Positions 7,666-16,324 of a DNA stretch of 32,000 bases are shown in pieces. Source of the stretch: Caedibacter taeniospiralis (GTDB lineage: Bacteria > Pseudomonadota > Gammaproteobacteria > Francisellales > Francisellaceae); NCBI RefSeq assembly GCF_002803295.2, contig NZ_PGGB02000008.1:54797-86796 (forward strand), written 5' to 3'. Each line of letters begins with the position of its first letter. Position 1 is the stretch's first letter. The translations under genes and the position numbers were made by a program. The notes under the pieces were generated by a model. It saw nothing but the letters and a program-made list of their open reading frames with translations, was not told the origin of the DNA and did no database searches.

Positions 7666-9108
7666 TCATCTCAGTGCAGCAGAGGCAATATCGCGATCTG
7701 CGCATTGTATAGCCTTTGATTGCTCGGCATGGTTATAAAACAACCACTCCCCAGTCATACACTTATTAACCACATTTGCAATGATTCCCACTACGGTAAT
7801 ATGGCTTAAAAAATTAGTTAATGCACATAAAAACTTTCGGGATGTTGTATTATCGACAATTTTTGTACATTCGTTTTCAGATGTTTTTATTTCGTTTGTA
7901 TACTGTTCTTTTTGAGTATCACTAATTTGACCTTTAATTTTATTCGCAAATAAGCTAGTTGTGCTTTTCAATACATTTTGTTCATGCTTATCAATCGCCT
8001 GTTTCTGACGATCATCCAGCCCTTCTTTTGCTCCTTGACATAATGTATGCGTCACTGCTATAACTTCTTTTAATTTCTCAAGTTGAGATATTACCTGATC
8101 TTGAGCATCTGCGCTAAAATCAGCACCCAAAAGAGGATTTATCGCTTGAGAGATTACCTGCTGCAATCCACAACTATCACGGTCTTTCTCCAGTGTATCT
8201 TTGAGCTGATTAAGTTTCTGTATTTTTATACCGTTAGTATGCTTTGGTGAGAAATTCACAGAGGATTTGTCAACCCCATATTTGGTATGGAATTCTTCAT
8301 TATTTAACTGATCATATTCTATCCATTTATTTAGCCCTGCCAGATCTTTAATACCTTGATCCTTAATTGCCTTTAAAAAATTTCCAAATTGCTCTTTTGT
8401 GGCACCAGGTACAATAGAGTCCAAACAAATTCTTTGCTCTGCACGCAATGTAGGTTGAGTGCCATTCTTGGATTCTTTTTGCTTAGCAAAGGCATACTGG
8501 TCAAATGCTTCTTGTGATAGAGGAACTTCGCGAAGCAAATAAATTGCCTGGTTCAATCCAAATTTGAGCGTTTCAGCCTCTAAATCACTCGTCAATATGG
8601 TCCCTGCCTGCTTTACATACTCCTCATTGCCAAGGTTAAAGTCATTAATGTTTTGATCAATGGTTCCAATATATGCGGTCAAACCTAATCGCATAAACTT
8701 CAAATACTCCAAAGTATTTGTCGGATTATTGTCAGTCATAGTTGATACTACACTCTCCGTTCTATCTTGCATTGCCGACTCAATAGCATTGAGTATTTTG
8801 CAGGCATTACCAGGGTTAATGTCTTCCTGAACGCCCCCCATGCTTTTCGTAACCATTGTGTTATCAAGGGTGGACGCATCACTATACCTAGACCGTAACT
8901 CAGTCGTTTCATGGTCTGAATTTTTTTTCGAGGCATTTTCAGTATCTTCTGAAATAATGCCTTTCATCAGCTTATGAACCCCATCTAGAGAAGCTGATTC
9001 TGGGTGCTCTTGGTGGATTTTCATAGCAAGCTGGACAAGCAGTTCCATCACTGTCTTTAAATTGTTTTCTTGTAATCCTGTATTTATATGTGCCAATATT
9101 TTTTTCAT
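7666..9108 (-). CDS. hypothetical protein, 480 aa, hydrophilic with a single C-terminal TM helix (tail-anchored topology); no family recognised
   Basis: A long uninterrupted ORF and the only long ORF here. No signal peptide. Q/N/K/E/D-rich. The one hydrophobic segment, FLCALTNFLSHITVVGIIANVV, lies about 30 aa from the C-terminus. I recognise no catalytic motifs. Confidence 0.75.
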   Translation of the reverse strand: MKKILAHINTGLQENNLKTVMELLVQLAMKIHQEHPESASLDGVHKLMKGIISEDTENASKKNSDHETTELRSRYSDASTLDNTMVTKSMGGVQEDINPGNACKILNAIESAMQDRTESVVSTMTDNNPTNTLEYLKFMRLGLTAYIGTIDQNINDFNLGNEEYVKQAGTILTSDLEAETLKFGLNQAIYLLREVPLSQEAFDQYAFAKQKESKNGTQPTLRAEQRICLDSIVPGATKEQFGNFLKAIKDQGIKDLAGLNKWIEYDQLNNEEFHTKYGVDKSSVNFSPKHTNGIKIQKLNQLKDTLEKDRDSCGLQQVISQAINPLLGADFSADAQDQVISQLEKLKEVIAVTHTLCQGAKEGLDDRQKQAIDKHEQNVLKSTTSLFANKIKGQISDTQKEQYTNEIKTSENECTKIVDNTTSRKFLCALTNFLSHITVVGIIANVVNKCMTGEWLFYNHAEQSKAIQCADRDIASAALR

Positions 9109-9231
9109 GATTTTACCCCACGTAGATTTTTTGTTTATTATCTGGGGTTACTATCTTAATTTCAGCTGTTAATTACAATACCCTGGCTATCAGATCGGAC
9201 AGTCTGCTTGGAAATTAAAGTGCCAGATTGA

Positions 9232-10533
9232 TTATTCCTGATATAACGCCAATAAAATCTGATCTTGCAGCTTTGATGCTAAAGCCCTTTGGGACTCAAG
9301 TAAATTACCTAGCAAAATGGAGAAGATATATTCCTTGCCGTTTTTTGCACTTAAGTACCCTGACAAAGCAATACTCGTTGTACCCGTGCCTGTTTTTGCA
9401 ATCACCTTGCCGATAAGTGCCTTTTCAGTACGTGAAGCAAGACTTCCTGATTGACCATACATGGGGAAGCCTTGAACGAAGACTTTAAACGCTTTCTGTA
9501 ATTTCATGTTGTATAACAGCTGAGTTAAAAAATCTGCATTTAACAAGTCATTCTGAGACATCCCCGCACCATCTTCCAACTGGATATTGTCAGTATTAAG
9601 CGCCAGATCTTCTTGTAGTATTTTAAGTAAAGCATTTTTACCACTGACGATGCTGCCAACATGAAATAGCTTATCGCCGATAGTTCTAAGGAGACTTTGT
9701 GCGTATAAATTATCCGAAGTCTGCAGCATATGCTCGATAAGTACAGATAACTTAGCCGAAGCGTGAGTTGTAAGCTCTTTAAGGTTCACATCCTTTGTAG
9801 TAGTTGTTATCTGAATATCACCTTTCAATTCAAGTCCTAGCTCAGTCAACTTGCTGCGTAGCACATTTTTCATCATCAACTTGGGATTCGCAATGGCAAA
9901 CTTAAAGGTGTAATCGCCGCGCGGCAAACACCCCGCTAAGCTTAGCGTATTACTTTTATCCATACTCGCATCAAACTGGCAGGTTTTAAGCATTTCATTA
10001 TCGGCAGCCACAAGATGGTTGTGATAAGTTATTGTTTCACCTGTAATTTGCTGAGCATTAAAGGCATGATCCTGCGTTTTTAATTTTAGAATGACCTGAT
10101 TTTCATTAAGGTTATATGCCGAGCTTGGGACTCCATAGCCAAAAATACTATCACTCTGGCTTTGATTAATCGGATAGTCTCTGCCTTGAAAAACTGAATT
10201 CACAAGACAAACATTCCCGCTGATGCTATGAATACCCTGCTTTTGTAAAGCGGCTAATAGATAAGACAGATCCTTACTGGTCAGGCTTGGATCACCCGAG
10301 AAATCAATGTAAAGGTTATGGATTTCATCTTGATGCTTACGATCATAATAAACCGTTGTTTTATATCGATAGTCCTTGCCTAAACTAAGCAAGGCTGCAG
10401 CAGCTGTGAGCAGTTTAGTGTTACTTGCTGGCATGACGTTTTTGTCACTATTAAAGGCTAAAACAGTTTCTCCGCTACCTGCATCAATCACCTTGACTCC
10501 TAACAGTGCAGAGCCTAGTTTATTATGCTCCAT
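9232..10533 (-). CDS. dacB: D-alanyl-D-alanine carboxypeptidase/endopeptidase PBP4 (peptidase S13), mature domain; N-terminal signal peptide lies in another frame (see finding)
   Basis: SxxK (PASNTK), SxN (TSDN) and KTG (AKTGTG) motifs are present, with PBP4-like length. The frame stays open without a start codon up to 10602. A separate SD+ATG signal-peptide ORF occupies 10559-10633. Confidence 0.85.
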   Translation of the reverse strand: MEHNKLGSALLGVKVIDAGSGETVLAFNSDKNVMPASNTKLLTAAAALLSLGKDYRYKTTVYYDRKHQDEIHNLYIDFSGDPSLTSKDLSYLLAALQKQGIHSISGNVCLVNSVFQGRDYPINQSQSDSIFGYGVPSSAYNLNENQVILKLKTQDHAFNAQQITGETITYHNHLVAADNEMLKTCQFDASMDKSNTLSLAGCLPRGDYTFKFAIANPKLMMKNVLRSKLTELGLELKGDIQITTTTKDVNLKELTTHASAKLSVLIEHMLQTSDNLYAQSLLRTIGDKLFHVGSIVSGKNALLKILQEDLALNTDNIQLEDGAGMSQNDLLNADFLTQLLYNMKLQKAFKVFVQGFPMYGQSGSLASRTEKALIGKVIAKTGTGTTSIALSGYLSAKNGKEYIFSILLGNLLESQRALASKLQDQILLALYQE

Positions 10534-10657
10534 TGCTTCTATTACCGTGCTTTCCAGCTTACCATTTACATGTTCTGCATCTAAATAACTGCACTGATGA
10601 TACTAATAGCAGAATACTTAAAACCGCACGCATACGCCTACTCCTTTGCTAATCAAT

Positions 10658-11680
10658 TCAGACAACAGTAACAGTATTAGTAGCCAACAACAACTTGAGT
10701 TTTTCATAAATTGATTCTGCCAGGATAGATACTTCGCAAGGCGCAAACGCATCTTTGGTAATCGGGCATATTTTTTTCAAACATGGCGAACAGGTGAGCT
10801 TTGAAGAAACGTGCATTACATGCTTGCCAATGACTCCTGTCAGTTTTGCCGAGGTCGAGCCATATATACCTATGACTGGGACTCCACAAGCCGCAGCCAA
10901 GTGTGAAAGCCCTGTATCAACCGAGATAACCGCTACACTTTCGCTAAATAGCTGAGCCAATTGCGACAAGGTCATTTTTTCTAGCACCTCTGCATTGGGA
11001 TTATGCTTGGCAATGGTTTCTGCCTGAAGCCTCTCCTCTTCATTTCCCCAGGGTAGAAGCACCCTAATATCATCCTGCGCCAGTATCTTTGCCAATTTTT
11101 GCCAATGAGCTACTGCCCAGTGTTTGCTAGCCCAAGTCGTTGCATGCAGAAAAACAACTTGTTTTTTGGTCCGCTCTTTTTCCCATCGATAAGAAATACC
11201 ATAGTCAACCTCTGCAGATGGTTCGTAGTTAAACACTTTGGCAAACAGGGATTTAACGCGCAAAATCGCATGCGCTCCTTTAGCAATTGCCATTTTATGT
11301 TTATAGAAAAAACTCGCAAGAGGTTCTCTCACGGAGTCTTTATCTAAGCCATACTTTGGACCTTTAGCGCCTTTACTAATCCATGCGCTTTTTAATAATC
11401 CCTGTGCATCAATGACATAATCATAGCGTCGGGCTTTGAGCTTTTTCTTAAACTTACGGATTTCGGCAAAATACTTAAAGACATTCTTGCGCCACTTGCG
11501 TACTTCAACTTTTAAAACTTCATCGACGGCATCATGCCAGCCTGGGATCTCAGCAAATGCTTTTTCAACCACCCAGTCAAATCGAATGTCGGGGATGTTT
11601 TTTCTCGCTTCGGTCAGTGCAGGCAAGGTATGCAACACATCCCCCAAAGATGATGTTTTGATAATTAAACACTTTTTCAT
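10658..11680 (-). CDS. waaC: ADP-heptose:LPS heptosyltransferase I
   Basis: The N-terminus MKKCLIIKTSSLGDVLHTLPALTEARKNIPDIRFDWVVEKAFAEIPGWH is near-collinear with E. coli RfaC as I recall it (MRVLIVKTSSMGDVLHTLPALTDA..FDWVVEEGFAQIPSWH). Also DAQGL.KSA, FLHATT and VDTGLSHLAAA. Confidence 0.9.
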   Translation of the reverse strand: MKKCLIIKTSSLGDVLHTLPALTEARKNIPDIRFDWVVEKAFAEIPGWHDAVDEVLKVEVRKWRKNVFKYFAEIRKFKKKLKARRYDYVIDAQGLLKSAWISKGAKGPKYGLDKDSVREPLASFFYKHKMAIAKGAHAILRVKSLFAKVFNYEPSAEVDYGISYRWEKERTKKQVVFLHATTWASKHWAVAHWQKLAKILAQDDIRVLLPWGNEEERLQAETIAKHNPNAEVLEKMTLSQLAQLFSESVAVISVDTGLSHLAAACGVPVIGIYGSTSAKLTGVIGKHVMHVSSKLTCSPCLKKICPITKDAFAPCEVSILAESIYEKLKLLLATNTVTVV

Positions 11681-11803
11681 TCAGCTCTGTACTTTTATAT
11701 TTTTGACGACGTCATTCTAATGATTTTTAACCTGCTTTGCTATGACGAAAAGAAAACAATTTTAACGCAATCGTCCCAATAGTCTTGCGACCAGTCTTAT
11801 TAC

Positions 11804-13048
11804 CTATGGGATAGCTTGCTGCTGAGCTTCCTGCGCATAAAGTTTATTACCCTTTAACAGAGGATAGATAATCAAAAAAACCAGCGCAATGATAAGATAA
11901 AACCAATAGTTGCTTGGAAAATCCATGGCGCTATTGATAATCAAAAAGCTGGTGTAAATTGCCATTACCATCACTCCAGAGAGACCATAACTTAGACCTT
12001 GTGCTTTTCCTTGCAGACTAATATCCGTATTTCTCTGCGCCAAAGTAACTGAAATTGCCCAACAGGAAATGCTCATGCCAATGACAAAGTAGAGTATAAA
12101 TGCCACAAGCACACTATGCACTAAGGCTAAAATAAAGTACAAAAACGCTGAAACAATCAACGCATAAACAATGGTTTTTACCTCTCCTTTTTTATCCGCC
12201 ACCCACGGCAAAACGATACAGCCAATGATAAACCCAACTGAGAAACCTGTTTCAATCAAGGCAAACTGCCATGATGTCGCATTTAAAATATTCTTTGCAT
12301 ACGGCGCAATAAAAATAGGTACGATCATAAATAAGCACGTGAAACCAATTTGAGCCACATAAAACCAAAAAGCGTATTTTTTTTGATGTAAGAAACGATA
12401 GACCTCACACCAGTTTTCGATAAACCCATCCTTGTTGCCATCAACTTTTCTTGCGGGTTTGATACCAAAGCTTACTATTAGCGCAATCGTTGTGCCAAAA
12501 AGCAGAAAATAGAGGATCTCGTGCATATTAAAAAACACAACGAGCATTCCACCTAACGACATCCCTGCAACCATACCTATTTCAAAAATACCGTCCATCG
12601 TGCTATTGGCGTATAAAAGCCCGCTGTCATCAACAAACATCTCACGCACCATAATCAACATCGCAGGCATATAAAAGGCTAGAATTAATCCCCAAATACT
12701 GGTAAATAAGTACACTTCAGGTAAGGTATCTAACCGACAGAAAATCAGAAATAACAGCACCAGAATTACGCGCGCACTATTGGTGACAACGATGATTTTT
12801 TGTCGCGAAAACCTGTCAGCAAAATAGCCTGTCACAGGAGATAATATCGAGCCTGACACCCACCAGCTGAACATAAAAATAATAATCGCGCTGACACTGT
12901 TATAAATGCTAAGCAAATGCCAGCTAAAAGAGACATAGGCTACACCCACCGCAATCGCCGAGAAAAAGTTCATTACACAGGAACAACTAAATGATCTGTT
13001 TTTAAATAGCACAGAGCGCTCTTTTAAATAGGATCTCACGACGGTCAC
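11804..13048 (-). CDS. MFS transporter (12-TM type), substrate unknown
   Basis: 414 aa, hydrophobic throughout. MFS-like N-terminus (LFKNRSF...NFFSAIAVG) and a loop motif (GYFADRFSRQKII). The start is GTG at 13046-13048. A GTG three codons downstream has better SD spacing. Confidence 0.8.
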   Translation of the reverse strand: MTVVRSYLKERSVLFKNRSFSCSCVMNFFSAIAVGVAYVSFSWHLLSIYNSVSAIIIFMFSWWVSGSILSPVTGYFADRFSRQKIIVVTNSARVILVLLFLIFCRLDTLPEVYLFTSIWGLILAFYMPAMLIMVREMFVDDSGLLYANSTMDGIFEIGMVAGMSLGGMLVVFFNMHEILYFLLFGTTIALIVSFGIKPARKVDGNKDGFIENWCEVYRFLHQKKYAFWFYVAQIGFTCLFMIVPIFIAPYAKNILNATSWQFALIETGFSVGFIIGCIVLPWVADKKGEVKTIVYALIVSAFLYFILALVHSVLVAFILYFVIGMSISCWAISVTLAQRNTDISLQGKAQGLSYGLSGVMVMAIYTSFLIINSAMDFPSNYWFYLIIALVFLIIYPLLKGNKLYAQEAQQQAIP

Positions 13049-13123
13049 TCCAAAATAAACATTCCCCGCATTCTGGCAAATATATGCTGGTTCAGCAACT
13101 CAAAATCACTTAAGTCACTGGAG

Positions 13124-13702
13124 TTACTCGGCTTTTCCTTGCTTAAAATGCCAGCGACAAACAGACACATAACGTTCATTTCCTCCAATCTGCAGCTGTT
13201 CACCATCCTTAATGACTTGTCCATTTTCATCCAGGCGCAGAACGTGAGTCGCTTTTTTACCACAATAACAAATGGTCTTGATCTCAATCAGCTGATCTGC
13301 CCACGTCAATAAATACTTACTTCCTTCAAAGGGTTCTGCTTGGAAATCATTGCGAAGTCCATAGGCCAACACAGGGATATTAAGCTCATCAACGATGTCG
13401 GTTAATTGCAAGACTTGTGCTTTTGTTAAAAACTGCGCTTCATCAATCAAAATGCAATGTAATTTTATACTTTGCAGCACGTTGATAACCACCTGATTCA
13501 AATCCGTTGTCTGATCATACCGAAGCGCATCCGCCTGCAACCCGATGCGCGAGGAGATTTTCCCCACCCCAAAGCGATTATCAATACTTGGCGTAAACAA
13601 TAACGTATTCATTCCACGTTCACGGTAGTTGTAATCAGACTGTAATAAGGTTGTACTTTTGCCTGCATTCATCGTTGAATAATAAAAATGGAGTTTTGCC
13701 AT
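13124..13702 (-). CDS. tdk: thymidine kinase
   Basis: [31 protein letters not shown] (P-loop), ILIDEAQFL, and a C-terminal zinc motif (CYCGKKAT...[12 protein letters not shown]). Collinear with E. coli Tdk as I recall it. Confidence 0.95.
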   Translation of the reverse strand: MAKLHFYYSTMNAGKSTTLLQSDYNYRERGMNTLLFTPSIDNRFGVGKISSRIGLQADALRYDQTTDLNQVVINVLQSIKLHCILIDEAQFLTKAQVLQLTDIVDELNIPVLAYGLRNDFQAEPFEGSKYLLTWADQLIEIKTICYCGKKATHVLRLDENGQVIKDGEQLQIGGNERYVSVCRWHFKQGKAE

Positions 13703-13849
13703 TTGTCAGTTATCGTTTATTTCTCTACTAGAGGCATAACTTACTGCATTGTGGCTAAAGTGAAAATAAAAAACTGTTAAAAACAGTTCGTCTTACCCTA
13801 AAAATCCGCTAGGCTGTCTGGCATTACCAGTCAATCACAATAACAGCTG

Positions 13850-14449
13850 ATGAGCCCCAAACTCAAATTTTTACCACTTCTAGTTGTTTTACCCCTAACT
13901 GGTTGCGTGACAGCACCACCCAAGAGTCCAGGCAATGCGTGCGCCATCGCGCAGCAATATCCAAAGTGGTACTACAACTCGCTGGACTCTTATAAAAAGT
14001 GGGGGGTTCCAATTAGCGTGCAATGGGCGTTTATTCGCAAAGAGTCAAGTTTCATTGCCGATGCACGAACTCCCATGCAATACGTTTTAGGCTTTATTCC
14101 CACAGGCAGGCAATCAACGGCCTACGGCTATGCCCAGGCTTTAGATGGCACCTGGGATGAATATCAAAAAGAAACAGGGCGTTCATGGGCAAGTCGCACC
14201 AGCTTTGCTGATGCAGTTGATTTTATCGGTTGGTATGCCACTCGTGCCCAGCGTATTGCGGGGATTTCCAAAGACAATGCCTATCAGCTATACCTTGCCT
14301 ATAACCAAGGGGTCTACGGTTATATGAAAGGCAGCTACAAGGGTAATCAATTCCTTCTAAAATATGCACGTGAAACCCAGGATATAGCTTATCGCTACGC
14401 CTCTCAGCTTCGCCACTGCGACATCCCGTCAAGAGGGTGGTTTTGGTGA
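13850..14449 (+). CDS. lipoprotein with SLT-like (lytic transglycosylase) domain
   Basis: Lipobox LPLTGC. Catalytic-type E-S motif (IRKESSF) followed by AYGYAQ and a Y-rich segment (AYNQGVYGY), typical of family-1 SLT domains. Confidence 0.75.
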   Translation: MSPKLKFLPLLVVLPLTGCVTAPPKSPGNACAIAQQYPKWYYNSLDSYKKWGVPISVQWAFIRKESSFIADARTPMQYVLGFIPTGRQSTAYGYAQALDGTWDEYQKETGRSWASRTSFADAVDFIGWYATRAQRIAGISKDNAYQLYLAYNQGVYGYMKGSYKGNQFLLKYARETQDIAYRYASQLRHCDIPSRGWFW

Positions 14450-14597
14450 GGATTTTATAGCATTTAATTTAGTTGAGGTTTTGTTGGGATGAAGGCATAA
14501 TCGTCCTAATCAAAGTCACTCTGTCAACAATACGCAAAATGCAAAGCAAAAAAGTCTGCATAATGATTCACGAGAGCTACCTAAGGTGGCTAAATTT

Positions 14598-15377
14598 ATG
14601 AGCTATGAAAGTCAAGTATTTAAAGTGCCCCACGAGTCGGAAGATTATGATGAATGCTCTACATTCATAATACAAACCGTTGAGGATATTATAAAAAATG
14701 CCATTGAAAGTGGGAATAATAAAATTTTTATTAACACAAATCTCAAGCTTGGCTTACCCATGGAAAATATCAACAAAATAGCTGGACCCTTTGTTGAAGC
14801 ATGGGCTGCTGAGACATTTCAACTCATTGCAGATAATCAATCAAACAAATATGCACTAATAAATGTTGAAGCAGTTGAGAGATTACACATGGCTGATGTC
14901 ATTTTGCAGTTTAAACGGAAACGCAAAGTTGAAAGCGGAGTTACAGCTGAAATAGATGTAAAAGCAACGGCTGAAGATATTGAAAGCAGCGGAAAATCTC
15001 CAAATATCACCTCTTATGCTCGAATCAGGACTGCATATGTTGAAGACCCAGACTATATATTTATCATCCTGTCCTTAAAGCATAGAGTCTACTCCACACG
15101 TAATAAGAAATCTGGGCTGATGGATGGGATAATGGAGGTTGTAAAATACAACGCATATGATTTGAAATATCTATCATCTAGGGATTTGAATTACAACCCT
15201 GCCTTAGGCACGGGACAAATACAAATAAGAGATATTCACTATGTGGAAATAGAAAAAAGAACTACATGGGAATTTTGTCAACTCCTTGATAGAAAATACT
15301 TACAATCAAGCAAGAGGTCTTATGAGCAATGGTTAGATTTAGCTCAAAGAAAAGAGTGGATTAAGAAAGATGACTGA
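14598..15377 (+). CDS. Type II restriction endonuclease, PD-(D/E)XK, HincII/HindII-HpaI-like
   Basis: MAD(100)VILQF..AEID(120)VK(122)AT..SPNITSYARI, GPFVEAW and GQIQIRD line up with my recollection of R.HincII (TAD114ILLVK..LLD127VK129T..APNIISAYKL, GEPFEKL, MQIQFHV). Size (259 aa) is similar. It is paired with a methyltransferase. I chose the ATG at 14598 (AGGTGG 8 nt upstream) over the tracked GTG at 14586. Confidence 0.75.
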   Translation: MSYESQVFKVPHESEDYDECSTFIIQTVEDIIKNAIESGNNKIFINTNLKLGLPMENINKIAGPFVEAWAAETFQLIADNQSNKYALINVEAVERLHMADVILQFKRKRKVESGVTAEIDVKATAEDIESSGKSPNITSYARIRTAYVEDPDYIFIILSLKHRVYSTRNKKSGLMDGIMEVVKYNAYDLKYLSSRDLNYNPALGTGQIQIRDIHYVEIEKRTTWEFCQLLDRKYLQSSKRSYEQWLDLAQRKEWIKKDD

Positions 15378-16287
15378 TATGAAGCTCATAACGGGAGATG
15401 CGCTACAGAAATTAAAGGAAATAAAATCTCAGTCCGTTGAGTTGATAATCGCAGACCCCCCCTACAACCTTGGAAAAAATTATCAAAATAATATAGATAA
15501 AAGAACCTTTGAAGAGTATCTAACATTTTCACAAGAATGGCTTTCTGAAGCCTCTCGAATCTTGAAACCTAATGGCACAATTTACGTTTTCATGGGATTT
15601 CGATTCATATCCTACTTATACAGTATTCTGGAGCGTAACTTAAATCTCCATTTCAACGGATGGATAGTCTGGCACTATACACAAGGAGTAGGAAAAACGA
15701 AGGGATTCTCCCCTAGACATGATGATATTTTAATGTTTACAAAATCGCCTTCCTTTACCTTTAATTTAGATGATATTCGGGTTCCTCAAAAATACTACCG
15801 ACAAAGAAACAATATGCGTGGAGCAAATCCTGGTGATGTCTGGCAGTTCTCTCATGTACATTACTCAAATCCAAATCGCCAGAATCACCCGACACAAAAA
15901 CCCGAAGGACTTATTGAAAGAATGGTTTTAGCGTCATCTAATGCAGGTGATACTGTGTTAGACCCTTTTTCTGGAAGCGGGACAACCATGCGAGTCTGTC
16001 AGCAAACAAACCGACACTCTATTGGAATTGAAATCAACCCAGAATATATTGAAATGACTAAAAGAAGACTAGCTGAACAATTTAACGGATTTGATAGCGT
16101 GGATCCTCGTATGAGTCGAGTTCCAAATGATTTAAGAAACAATGAGCTCAGAAATGAATACCTTAAAAACCATGTCAAATGGTTTCTAAACAATCACAAA
16201 AATTCGATTAGTGACTTTGGGAAAGAGGTAAAAGCCAAATATGGCTCTAACATTAACGAAAATAGCGAGGTGAATCCTGCGGAATAA
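15370..16287 (+). CDS. site-specific DNA methyltransferase, beta-class (motif IV before motif I), probably N6-adenine
   Basis: IIADPPYN (DPPY, motif IV) lies upstream of LDPFSGSGTT (motif I). HPTQKPEGL is present. 305 aa. The start overlaps the endonuclease stop (ATGACTGA, 8 nt). Confidence 0.9.
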   Translation: MTDMKLITGDALQKLKEIKSQSVELIIADPPYNLGKNYQNNIDKRTFEEYLTFSQEWLSEASRILKPNGTIYVFMGFRFISYLYSILERNLNLHFNGWIVWHYTQGVGKTKGFSPRHDDILMFTKSPSFTFNLDDIRVPQKYYRQRNNMRGANPGDVWQFSHVHYSNPNRQNHPTQKPEGLIERMVLASSNAGDTVLDPFSGSGTTMRVCQQTNRHSIGIEINPEYIEMTKRRLAEQFNGFDSVDPRMSRVPNDLRNNELRNEYLKNHVKWFLNNHKNSISDFGKEVKAKYGSNINENSEVNPAE

Positions 16288-16324
16288 TAATCCACAGCAC
16301 TCACATCATTTGGATTTAGGTTTT

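Noticed and set aside
7389-7712. Tracked ORFs 7389-7712 (+, 107 aa) and 7472-7705 (-, 77 aa)
   Set aside because: Both run straight through the REP-like palindrome, and their translations contain the mirror-image peptides expected from a palindrome. They overlap the 3' end of the 480-aa gene, and I see no convincing SD. They are most likely artefacts of an intergenic repeat.
13045-13287. Tracked 80-aa minus-strand ORF overlapping the 3' end of tdk
   Set aside because: It overlaps the well-supported tdk frame over most of its length and has no recognisable features.
14450-14490. Possible direct repeats flanking the R-M cassette (GGATTTTA..TTTAGTTGAGGTTTT at the left versus TTTGGATTTAGGTTTTA at 16308-16324)
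   Set aside because: The match is short, AT-rich and imperfect, and indistinguishable from chance by eye. No integrase or transposase is nearby to support a target-site duplication.
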